Shown one piece after another: positions 9,533-17,164 of a stretch of 46,027 bases of DNA (position 1 is the first letter of the stretch; each line of letters starts with the position of its first letter). Source of the stretch: Candidatus Kerfeldbacteria bacterium (GTDB lineage Bacteria; Patescibacteriota; Patescibacteriia; JACPL01); assembly GCA_016182525.1 (NCBI GenBank), contig JACPGL010000005.1, positions 1-46,027 on the forward strand, given 5' to 3'. Both the position numbers and the translations under genes were made by a program. A model generated the notes under the pieces. That model ran no database searches and was not told the DNA's origin. It worked only from the letters and a program-made list of their open reading frames with translations.

Positions 9533-9650
9533 TCTTCTCAAGAGACAAGATCACGACGGGTGGCAGCGGGAAAGCGGTCACACCGAGCGTAGCTGCACGA
9601 AGTGCGTGGAGCGAGGTGTGACAGGGTGCCCGCTGACAGGACCCGTGACC
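9531..9650. repeat. Bipartite structured element, copy 1 (copy 2 at 29491-29655)
   Basis: GATCACGACGGGTGGCAG (9549-9566) and GACAGGACCCG (9635-9645) are identical in both copies. Confidence 0.75.
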
Positions 9651-9741
9651 ACTGCAATTGAGACAGAGGAGGCCGGCCGATGCGGCTCGGAGTAGCAGCC
9701 TTGTTGGCAATTGAGGCGGTATGCAGAGTCTATGGGAATAT

Positions 9742-9814
9742 GGGCCAATAGCTCAGTTGGTAGAGCGCAGCATTCGCATTGCTGAGGTCAGGGGTTCGAC
9801 TCCCCTTTGGTCCA
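9742..9814 (+). tRNA. tRNA-Ala(CGC)
   Basis: G3.U70 acceptor, anticodon loop TTCGCAT, GGTTCGAC. Confidence 0.95.
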
Positions 9815-9828
9815 CCGATGTTCCAGTA

Positions 9829-9847
9829 CCTGCCTGCCGGTAGGTAG
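9829..9847. repeat. Degenerate CCTGCCT(A/G)CCGG palindrome
   Basis: CCTGCCTGCCGGTAGGTAG, same family as 8777-8796 and 37492-37511. Confidence 0.7.
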
Positions 9848-9925
9848 AGAGCATTGCAGGAAATGTATATTTGTGTTCTAGTAAACATACTAGGACATAA
9901 AATACATAGAAAGTCAAATACTTAA

Positions 9926-9948
9926 TGTCCAAAGCTAAGCTTTGGCCA
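9926..9948. repeat. TGTCCAAAGCTAAGCTTTGG palindrome
   Basis: Family copies at 15113, 25093 and 27166. Confidence 0.8.
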
Positions 9949-9953
9949 CTCTC

Positions 9954-10027
9954 GGGTCTGTAGCTCAGTTGGTTAGAGCGCACGATTCACATTCGTGAGG
10001 TCAGAGGTTCAACTCCTCTCAGGCCCA
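9954..10027 (+). tRNA. tRNA-Val(CAC)
   Basis: Anticodon arm CACGA-TTCACAT-TCGTG, GGTTCAAC. Confidence 0.95.
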
Positions 10028-10102
10028 CTCGAAAGTTGATGGATTATAGGATTTATGTTGTAATATAGATTTAGCTTTCCTCATCCATACTTTGTCAATA
10101 TA

Positions 10103-10155
10103 CTATCCACATCTTGCTCCTCTTTATCCACAGCATATCCAGATTCTTGTCCACT
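10103..10155 (+). promoter_or_regulatory. DnaA-box cluster outside oriC
   Basis: CTATCCACA (10103), perfect TTATCCACA (10124-10132), ATATCCAGA, TTGTCCACT, all in the same orientation. Confidence 0.6.
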
Positions 10156-10212
10156 TGCTATACTTAAGGATGTTTTAAGGTCATGTTCACCAGTGAGAGG
10201 AGGTGATTCGGA

Positions 10213-10842
10213 ATGACAACAATTGAAACATGGGGGGAGCTCCTTGTGGGTTCTTTCCAAGATCTGTGGCTCCGTTTTATCAGCTTGTTGCCGGAACTTT
10301 TAGCAGCGCTCATCGTTTTCATTGCTGGGTGGCTCATTGCAATGGCCATTGAGCGTGTGGTTGTGCTCATTGTGGAAAAGCTGTGGATTGAAAAACTTGC
10401 TGAACGGGTGAAGTTGAATGAATTACTCGTGTTTCTCCTTGCCGCGTCAGACATCCTTGGTCTTTCAGAGGTGACGCAGTTTTTGAACCGTGTGTTGCTC
10501 TACGTACCGAACGTTGTCGTGGCTGTGCTCATCCTCCTGCTCGGTATTATTTTCGGTCGGTTTGCCGAGCGCGTGGTGCATGGGAGTTTGCAAGCGGCGA
10601 AGTTTGCATCAGCCGGCATGCTCGCTGGTCTTGCAAAATGGATGATCACGGTGTTTGCGATTCTTGCCGCGCTGATCCAACTCAAAATTGCCGAGACCAT
10701 GCTGAACACGCTCTTTACCGGATTTGTGGCCATGATTGCGCTTGCCGGAGGTTTGGCATTTGGACTTGGGGGCAGGGAAGAGGCGCAGCGCGCGCTTCAA
10801 CAACTCAAGAGTGATATTAGTCGTCGGCATGGGCCGATGTAA
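10213..10842 (+). CDS. Small-conductance mechanosensitive-channel-like TM-helix repeat protein
   Basis: LPELLAALIVFIAGW and YVPNVVVAVLILLLG repeats, GLAFGLGGREEA; SD GGAGGTGA upstream. Confidence 0.8.
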   Translation: MTTIETWGELLVGSFQDLWLRFISLLPELLAALIVFIAGWLIAMAIERVVVLIVEKLWIEKLAERVKLNELLVFLLAASDILGLSEVTQFLNRVLLYVPNVVVAVLILLLGIIFGRFAERVVHGSLQAAKFASAGMLAGLAKWMITVFAILAALIQLKIAETMLNTLFTGFVAMIALAGGLAFGLGGREEAQRALQQLKSDISRRHGPM

Positions 10843-10854
10843 AGCGTCTCAAAA

Positions 10855-10894
10855 AAGATCCGTCTCGTGGTCGACCAGGCGGATCTTGTGTTTT
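10855..10894 (+). terminator. Putative intrinsic terminator
   Basis: AAGATCCGTCT...AGGCGGATCTT stem followed by GTGTTTT. Confidence 0.5.
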
Positions 10895-10930
10895 CTAAAG
10901 GTTTTTGCTAGTCTGAATCAGAAATAACCG

Positions 10931-11110
10931 TCGCAAAAATTTGGTGCGCAGGGAGCGGAGCGACCGAGCACGAATTTTTGCGAAGAGCGGGACACGAACG
11001 GAAACTGGAGTCTCGCACCATAGATTTCTCGACAGCAGTTCGACAAGCTCACTGTGACATTGCTCGGAATGACATGGTGCGAGACGGAAGTTGCAGTTCG
11101 TGATCACGCG
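10931..11110. repeat. Nested palindromic repeat complex
   Basis: TCGCAAAAATT/AATTTTTGCGA hairpin; GTCTCGCACCAT/ATGGTGCGAGAC stem enclosing TTCGACAAGCTCACTGTGAC and CTCGGAATGAC REP-like pieces. Confidence 0.65.
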
Positions 11111-11111
11111 A

Positions 11112-11187
11112 GGGCCCTTAGCTCATTTGGTAGAGCGCGTCCATGGCATGGACGAGGCGACCGGTTCGATCCCGGTAGGGTCCACCA
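11112..11187 (+). tRNA. tRNA-Ala(GGC)
   Basis: G3.U70, anticodon loop ATGGCAT, encoded CCA. Confidence 0.95.
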
Positions 11188-11258
11188 CAAAAACTTCTAA
11201 CGAATTCGTTGAGGACGCTTCGATATCCAACGCGTCTTGAAAGGTACTCTCATACCCC

Positions 11259-11321
11259 TTGTTTTTTATTTTGAAAAGGTGTATAATTTAACTGGAAGTA
11301 ACCTTTAAGGTATTTTCCAGT
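11259..11321 (+). promoter_or_regulatory. Promoter and inverted-repeat operator of the AbiE-like pair
   Basis: TTGTTT-17bp-TATAAT, then ACTGGAA-GTA-ACCTT-T-AAGGT-ATT-TTCCAGT (11291-11321). Confidence 0.55.
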
Positions 11322-11328
11322 CCATAAT

Positions 11329-11928
11329 ATGCACAATAAACCAGGAAAAGGGGAGTATTTAGAAGTGTTATTGCGATCACCACGGACCGTCTTTTCGACC
11401 AAGGATGTGGCAATGCTTTGGGGCGAAGAAAGAGAAAGCACGGTCACGAGTCGGTTGAATAAATACGTGAAAGCCGGGAAGCTCGTCAGAGTTCGTCGCG
11501 CCCTCTATGCCAAAGATGAACACTACGATCGTCACGAATTGGCAACAAGAATCTATACCCCTTCCTATATCAGCTTCGAGACGGTCTTAACGCGAGCGGG
11601 AGTCAATTTTCAGTTTTACAATACTCTTTTTGTTGCATCGTATGTCACTCGCGAAATTGACGTTGCTGGGCAGAACATTTCTTTTATTCGGATGAAGGAC
11701 TACGTTTTGACGAACATTACGGGCATTGAACACCCGAACGGCATTGCGACCGCAACGAAAGAGCGCGCCTTTTTGGATCGAATCTATGTGAGTAAAGACT
11801 ACCATTTTGACAACTTGAATGTGTTGGATTGGGAGAAGGTTTTTGAAATTTTGCCGATCTATCATAACAAACGGATGGAGAAGAAAGTGAAGAAATACTT
11901 TGAGTATCATAAGAGTACAATCGTATGA
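11329..11928 (+). CDS. AbiEi-like antitoxin / transcriptional regulator (type IV TA)
   Basis: N-terminal wHTH (GKLVRVRRALY), PSYISFETVL, ATKERAFLD; ATGA overlap with the next gene. Confidence 0.8.
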   Translation: MHNKPGKGEYLEVLLRSPRTVFSTKDVAMLWGEERESTVTSRLNKYVKAGKLVRVRRALYAKDEHYDRHELATRIYTPSYISFETVLTRAGVNFQFYNTLFVASYVTREIDVAGQNISFIRMKDYVLTNITGIEHPNGIATATKERAFLDRIYVSKDYHFDNLNVLDWEKVFEILPIYHNKRMEKKVKKYFEYHKSTIV

Positions 11929-12617
11929 TGATCGATTATGCAAAACATAAAAACATCCTGCTTCAAATTCTGAAGGATATCTATTCTGATCCCAGTATCG
12001 CGCCTTATGTGGGCTTTAAGGGCGGCACCGCAGCTCATTTGTTTTATGGCTTGAATCGAGATTCAGTTGATTTGGATTTCGATTTGCTCGACGAAAACAA
12101 GGAGCAAGTTGTGTTTGAAGAAATTCGAAAGATCGCCTCTGGGTACGGGAAAATCATTGAGTCTCGGATAAAGCGGTTTAATCTTTTCAATATGATATCA
12201 TACGAAACAAAAGCACAGAACATTAAGATCGAAGTCAATCGACGAAAGTTTGGTTCGCGGTATGAGCTCAAAACATTGCTCGGCATCTCAATGTTAGTGA
12301 TGGTCCAAGAAGATATGTTTGCCAACAAGCTTCTGGCAATGGTTGAACGTATCGGGAGAACGAGCCGTGATATTTATGATGTATGGTTTTTTTTAAAGAA
12401 CAACTGGCCAATACAGAGAGAGATCATCGAGCAGCGCTCCGGACTGTCGTTTACGGAGTTTTTGCAAAAGGGCATCGAGCAATTAGAAAAAATGAACAAC
12501 AAAAATATCCTTGTAGGCTTGGGCGAGTCGCTCACGAGATCACAAAAAGACTGGGCTCGCGCAAAGCTTCGAACTGAGACAATCTTTTTATTGAGAGCTC
12601 GACTGGAGAGCGAATGA
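11925..12617 (+). CDS. AbiEii/AbiGii-family nucleotidyltransferase toxin
   Basis: FKGGTA..FYGLNR.SVDLDFD, K.EV, NKL.A, RDIYDVWF. Confidence 0.9.
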   Translation: MMIDYAKHKNILLQILKDIYSDPSIAPYVGFKGGTAAHLFYGLNRDSVDLDFDLLDENKEQVVFEEIRKIASGYGKIIESRIKRFNLFNMISYETKAQNIKIEVNRRKFGSRYELKTLLGISMLVMVQEDMFANKLLAMVERIGRTSRDIYDVWFFLKNNWPIQREIIEQRSGLSFTEFLQKGIEQLEKMNNKNILVGLGESLTRSQKDWARAKLRTETIFLLRARLESE

Positions 12618-12688
12618 AACAGCCGCCGGGTTCAGGGACTCCGTGATGGAGTGTGAACCCGGCTGGCCAACGTAAGCAGGAACGCTGC

Positions 12689-13117
12689 TCACGTAAAGGT
12701 AAAGCTCACGGCGAGTAACTTCCGCTCGCCGAGGCCCACCCACACTGTTGTCTTGCCCACCGTGAGGTGGGGGCCGACGACGAGGTCACGATACAGGTTC
12801 TCGGCTGTCACCCCCACGCCGTGGTGGGTGATACGGCCGAGATAGTACCAGCGATCGTCAAGATCGGGGAAGTGCTCGACCACCGCGAATGCCGATCCAC
12901 GGTTCTTCAACCAGTTCGCCGTCATAAGTGCGGCGACCGCGAACTCCGGCGCGTCATGCAAGTTCCATGTGGAACCTGCTCTTCCTCCGAGCCAGCTTTC
13001 GACCGATCCGATCTGGAGACGACGCTGCAGGCCGATCTCTCCAAGTCCCCAGCCGGCAGTCCCCCCGCCCGAAAATGAGAGCTGCCCAGCTTGGATGAAG
13101 AAGGGGACCCTTGAATG
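12689..13117 (-). pseudogene. 5'-truncated GC-rich beta-strand-rich (barrel-like) ORF
   Basis: Frame stays open 52 codons upstream of the TTG at 12961 (FFIQAGQLSFSGGGTAGWGLGEIGLQRR...) with no ATG/GTG start; ends LLAVSFTFT*; followed by hairpin 12621-12666. Confidence 0.45.
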
Positions 13118-13198
13118 TCAACCCAAAGTGCAAATGCGTGAAGTAGCCGCCCCGCCGTTTGGCGGTTTTTTGGAGTGAGCGCGAGTTCGTTTATGGAT

Positions 13199-13227
13199 TT
13201 GCAATTTTTTGAGAGGTATGGTAAGGT
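13199..13227 (+). promoter_or_regulatory. Extended -10 sigma70-type promoter
   Basis: TTGCAA-17bp-TAAGGT with TGn; the same TGGTAAGGT precedes the native GT4 gene (15054-15062, minus). Confidence 0.55.
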
Positions 13228-13309
13228 TCGCCGAAATTCCTTGTTGGGCAAATGGCGCGCCTAACAGGAGTTTATGAAGCCTGACAGCAGGCTTCGTGGA
13301 GGCCATTCT

Positions 13310-13759
13310 ATGGCCAGTATCAGAAGGTTCTTCGCGGCCGCCGTTCTGGGTCTCGCTTCCGTCGTCCTTTCCGGCCGGGTCGCCGACGCGTTCGTCGGCA
13401 CCGACCAGTTCGCCGTCGAGGGCGACGCGACGGTGACCTTCACCTTCGGCATGTATTTGAAGTGGCAGCCGAGTGAGTCGAGGTTCCTCTGCACCATCTT
13501 CTGGCCGGACGCCACGCAGGACGTGTTCGTCAAGGTCAAGGAGGAGCAGTTGGACATGCTCATTCACGACGCCACCACCGGAGGTGGAACGCTGTTCAAC
13601 GGCACGTGGTTCCCTCTCGTCGACGATGGCGCCTACGAGATCTCGGTGCGCGTGGACTACGAGTCTGGGAAGCCGGTGAACACGGAGCTCGTCGCCCTCA
13701 CGGACGTGAGCGACCAGTTCACTGAGAACCCGATCGTCAGCCCGAGGAAAAGGTTCTGA
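13310..13759 (+). CDS. GC-rich secreted hypothetical protein
   Basis: SD GGAGG (13298-13302); signal peptide MASIRRFFAAAVLGLASVVLSGRVADA; strongly GC3-biased codons; hairpin 13765-13813 after stop. Confidence 0.75.
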   Translation: MASIRRFFAAAVLGLASVVLSGRVADAFVGTDQFAVEGDATVTFTFGMYLKWQPSESRFLCTIFWPDATQDVFVKVKEEQLDMLIHDATTGGGTLFNGTWFPLVDDGAYEISVRVDYESGKPVNTELVALTDVSDQFTENPIVSPRKRF

Positions 13760-13869
13760 CCCCCAAGACGCCAGCCCCGTCGGCCGCTTTCATGCGAGCC
13801 GGCGGGGCGTCTTCGATTCGGTGAAAACCAAAATCCGCTTCGTTAGAGAGAGCGGATCGTGGTCCGGCG

Positions 13870-15042
13870 TTATCGTTTCTCCGGCATCATGAACTGCACA
13901 GCGCGGTTCGCGTCTTTGCAGTAGCGAAGGCCGAGATACACGTTCGTGGTTTTTTCGACAACGGTCTGCCAGTCGAAACGCGCGAGGGTTTCCTCTTGAA
14001 TTTCTGGTGAGCGTGCCATGAGCACATCGTGCCTCGCCAACATCTCTCGCAGCTTTTGTACAATACTTTGAACATTACGAAGTGCATACGTTCCGGCAGT
14101 TGCTGCAATTTCATGATTCACGGGGATGCTCGACACGAGCACCGGCTTGCCATAACTCATGGCTTCAAGCGTTGCCGTTGGGCAGCCTTCGGAGTTGGAC
14201 ATGTTGACATAGAACAGACAGTTCGAAAACAGTTCCTCTAACATCTCCCCATCTTGCCGTCCGCAAAATACGATACGATCGTCGCCGTCAGAAAGAGCGC
14301 GGAGAGATGCCTCATAAGAATCTGTATACGATGCATCGCCGGCAATCGCGAGTGTGACGTCTGTCTGAATCTGCTTGAAGGCTTCAATCACGAGATGAAT
14401 ATTTTTGTGCGGGATTAAGCGGCTGGCGATGAGGATGTATTCATTCGCGCACAACCCAAACTGTTCCGTAATCTTTTGCGCTGGGCGAGACACAGGGCGA
14501 ACCACGCCGGTCGGAATGACGATCGCGTCTTTGTTGTATGTGCGTCGCGCATAGGCAGCATTGGTTTCGGATGTTGTAATCGTGACATGAGGGAACGTCA
14601 GAGCGGTCCACTCCGCGCATCGCAACACCCACTTTGCGAATCGTCCCCATTTGCCGTGCTCGCGGTCAATACTGTGGAACGTCACCATCACGCGCGCGTG
14701 CGGCCGGAACAGACGAGGCACAAACGCAAGGAGCGACGGGCCAATGCTTTGAAAATGGAAAATGTCCGCGCCAATCCACACGGCGTGGAGTGTTGCAAGA
14801 AGGGTGTGGGTGATCGTGTCTAAATGTTTGGTTCGAAGCGACGGCAACCGTTTCACGCGCACGCCGCCAATCATCTCCTCATCTTTGGATGTCGTGTAGG
14901 GTCGAGCGTACACAATGACCGGGAATCCTTTTTCCGCAACCCGAAAGCTGAGTTCCCGAACATGAGTTTCGACGCCTCCGGTGACGTTTGAGATCCCCTT
15001 TTGCCCGATAAAGGCAATAAGGGGTTTTGAAGAGGTTGACAT
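13870..15042 (-). CDS. Glycosyltransferase family 4
   Basis: IGQKG...GGVETHV, SRLIPHKN, EGCPTATLEAMSYG; promoter TTGACA-17bp-TAAGGT just upstream. Confidence 0.92.
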   Translation of the reverse strand: MSTSSKPLIAFIGQKGISNVTGGVETHVRELSFRVAEKGFPVIVYARPYTTSKDEEMIGGVRVKRLPSLRTKHLDTITHTLLATLHAVWIGADIFHFQSIGPSLLAFVPRLFRPHARVMVTFHSIDREHGKWGRFAKWVLRCAEWTALTFPHVTITTSETNAAYARRTYNKDAIVIPTGVVRPVSRPAQKITEQFGLCANEYILIASRLIPHKNIHLVIEAFKQIQTDVTLAIAGDASYTDSYEASLRALSDGDDRIVFCGRQDGEMLEELFSNCLFYVNMSNSEGCPTATLEAMSYGKPVLVSSIPVNHEIAATAGTYALRNVQSIVQKLREMLARHDVLMARSPEIQEETLARFDWQTVVEKTTNVYLGLRYCKDANRAVQFMMPEKR

Positions 15043-15112
15043 AAAGATCATGCACCTTACCACAAAATTTGTTGCGCTGTCAAGCCTCCTTTTTTGCTAA
15101 TCTTCGCAATTT

Positions 15113-15135
15113 TGTCCAAAGCTAAGCTTTGGACA
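15113..15135. repeat. TGTCCAAAGCTAAGCTTTGGACA palindrome
   Basis: Perfect 11-bp arms around a single base. Confidence 0.85.
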
Positions 15136-15143
15136 TATGCTTC

Positions 15144-16904
15144 CTATTTCACGACACCTTTGCCTGTAAGAGCGGGATCTTTGGTGAGATTCGTGGTGAT
15201 CGCTGGGGTCGTAGAGCTTCGCGTCCCCTGGTCGGTGTTCATACGTAACGTTGCCTCGCCAAGAAGCGTCGGAGCAGTGCCCTTGTGCGCCGTGGTGGGG
15301 ATGAGTTGCACATCGAAGCTTGCCGAAATCGTCTCGAGTTCGTCTGGTGTCGATGGAACGTTCCACGTGATCGTTCGTGTTTGAGCGTCAAAGGCGGGTG
15401 CGCCGCCAGCCAGTGAGGATGGGTTGCCGGCAAAGAGCACAGCGCTTGGCAAGAGTGCGGTAACGGTGAATGAACGAACGTTTTCAAAGTTCGCGACCTC
15501 CATAACCACGCGATAGAGTGTTGGGGTGCCGACTTCAGGCGGGATGGGCCCGGCGCCGACATCGGTGTACAGTGCGTAGGTCGCAAAGCTGATGGCAGGG
15601 ACAACCGTGAGCGAGCGAGGAGCTGTATACACGGTGATCGGAGTCTCGGTGTTGTCGGCACGTTGCTCTGCGGTGGCTGAGCACGAGAGCGATACAGTTC
15701 CGTTTAATCCAAGAGTTTGTGGAGTGAAGGAAAATGTTCGCGCGAGCGATGCGCCGGCAGCGAGATCTGCGAGCTCCGAGAGTGTTGTGTAAGAGAATGA
15801 AATTCCGTGGTTCGTGGCAACACCACCGTCTCCACGGAAGGTCATCTTTGTATCGCCATCACCAAGACAACTCATCACCACATTGCGGAGTGTGTGCTCG
15901 CCGGTGTTGGTGATGGTCATGCTTGCGGTGGTTGACGCTCCAACCTCAATCGTGTCATCAGAAAGGGCAAGCGTAAGTTTTGCCTCGGGTCGAACCACGG
16001 TGAGTGGGAGAATCTGTCGGTCGATCACGATCGCTTTGTCGTTCACACGAACGCGTGCAGTGACCGTGAGGGTGTGTTCTCCAACTACGTCATCATTCAT
16101 TCGCGCTTGGATTTTTACATCGCTCGCTTTGTGATCAACATCAGTATTTTTTTTGGAAAAATTCGCTTCGGCCGATGATTCAATCTCGATCGTTTCATTG
16201 TCCACAAACGAACCGCGAACAGGAGTAATCGTGACGTCAAAGTATTGATTGCCGGCAACCGTTTGTAGCGCGTCTATGCGCATGGCAAGATCGGTGGCAA
16301 GGACGGGGAACGAGAGCGTGGTCGTCTGCCCGCGTCGACTGCCCTGATCGTCGTATGTGATAATTGTTTTCACCTCACGTGATTCATTGATCATGCCATA
16401 GGGGGTGAGCTGAACGGACATCGTCTGTTGTTCATCGCGGGCAAGTTCGTCCGCATGCGTAGAAAGTTGCTGACTGTCGGGAGTCGCAGATCCATCGTCA
16501 GGAATAATACGAATCTCAACATTCGTGAGAACGTGTCCGCTGTCGTTCGTCAACACGATGGGGAAGCGATGCGCACGACCGGCGGTAAATGGGCCGGTTT
16601 CGTCTTGCCCAATGGGAGAGAGAAGCGACGGCGTTGCGGTGACATGAATGTCGTCAATAAAGAGCCGACGAATCTGCGCGCGGAAATAGATCCCGGCTCC
16701 AAGCAACACAAACATAAGCATGGCAAGAAACGTATCAAGCACATAGTGGTGTTTCTTGCCGATGTAGCGGCCAGTATGGAAATGCGCAAGCGGCGGCAGA
16801 AAAATATTGACCGTACCAATGTAGAGGCGTTTGCCCCAATGCACAACACCTTTCCCATCATGGCCTTTGAGCTGGATCATTTTTTCTGGTTTATGGTCGT
16901 CCAT
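15144..16904 (-). CDS. Membrane-anchored Ig-like repeat (DUF11/CARDB-like) protein
   Basis: Single N-terminal TM; TNDSGHVLTNV / TNTGEHTLRNV repeats; GPIPPEVG.PT.Y C-terminal domain. Start uncertain (the GTG at 16967 lies in a repeat). Confidence 0.7.
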   Translation of the reverse strand: MDDHKPEKMIQLKGHDGKGVVHWGKRLYIGTVNIFLPPLAHFHTGRYIGKKHHYVLDTFLAMLMFVLLGAGIYFRAQIRRLFIDDIHVTATPSLLSPIGQDETGPFTAGRAHRFPIVLTNDSGHVLTNVEIRIIPDDGSATPDSQQLSTHADELARDEQQTMSVQLTPYGMINESREVKTIITYDDQGSRRGQTTTLSFPVLATDLAMRIDALQTVAGNQYFDVTITPVRGSFVDNETIEIESSAEANFSKKNTDVDHKASDVKIQARMNDDVVGEHTLTVTARVRVNDKAIVIDRQILPLTVVRPEAKLTLALSDDTIEVGASTTASMTITNTGEHTLRNVVMSCLGDGDTKMTFRGDGGVATNHGISFSYTTLSELADLAAGASLARTFSFTPQTLGLNGTVSLSCSATAEQRADNTETPITVYTAPRSLTVVPAISFATYALYTDVGAGPIPPEVGTPTLYRVVMEVANFENVRSFTVTALLPSAVLFAGNPSSLAGGAPAFDAQTRTITWNVPSTPDELETISASFDVQLIPTTAHKGTAPTLLGEATLRMNTDQGTRSSTTPAITTNLTKDPALTGKGVVK

Positions 16905-16943
16905 ATCTTTAGTAGGTGTAATCTCTACGGGTCCTGCCGGACG

Positions 16944-17158
16944 GGAAGAGCTGAACACATCTTTCACGCGGCACCAGAATCGATCGGATCGACTCGGCCG
17001 GCCGTTCTTTTACTTTGTCATCCTGAGGTCGCACGGAACGGGCGACCGAAGGATCTCTAAGAGATCCTTCGACTCGCTTCGCTCGCTCAGGATGACAAGG
17101 TATAATCTCAGGATGGTAATTTCGTGGGCGCCGCGTGAAAGAAGTGTTTGTCTTTTCC
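16944..17158. repeat. IR-bounded scaffold element carrying a GTCATCCTGAG palindrome (17015-17098)
   Basis: AACACATCTTTCACGCGGCACC / GGCGCCGCGTGAAAGAAGTGTT arms; 22 bp identical to 21362-21383. Confidence 0.75.
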
Positions 17159-17164
17159 ATTTTC

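Noticed and set aside
9207-9695. 162-aa ORF
   Set aside because: It runs through parS and hairpin elements (MFHVEH is the parS translation) and has no protein-like features
9660-9712. Possible SRP RNA (AGG...AGCAGCC)
   Set aside because: It lacks the GNRA-capped CAGG-NCC-GRAA-GG-AGCAG geometry; no RNase P or tmRNA signature either
12962-12975. parS-like GTTCCATGTGGAAC
   Set aside because: Degenerate ends and located inside a GC-rich frame; likely chance
11170-13860. Integrative element with attR duplication of the tRNA-Ala 3' end
   Set aside because: No direct repeat of the tRNA end and no integrase found
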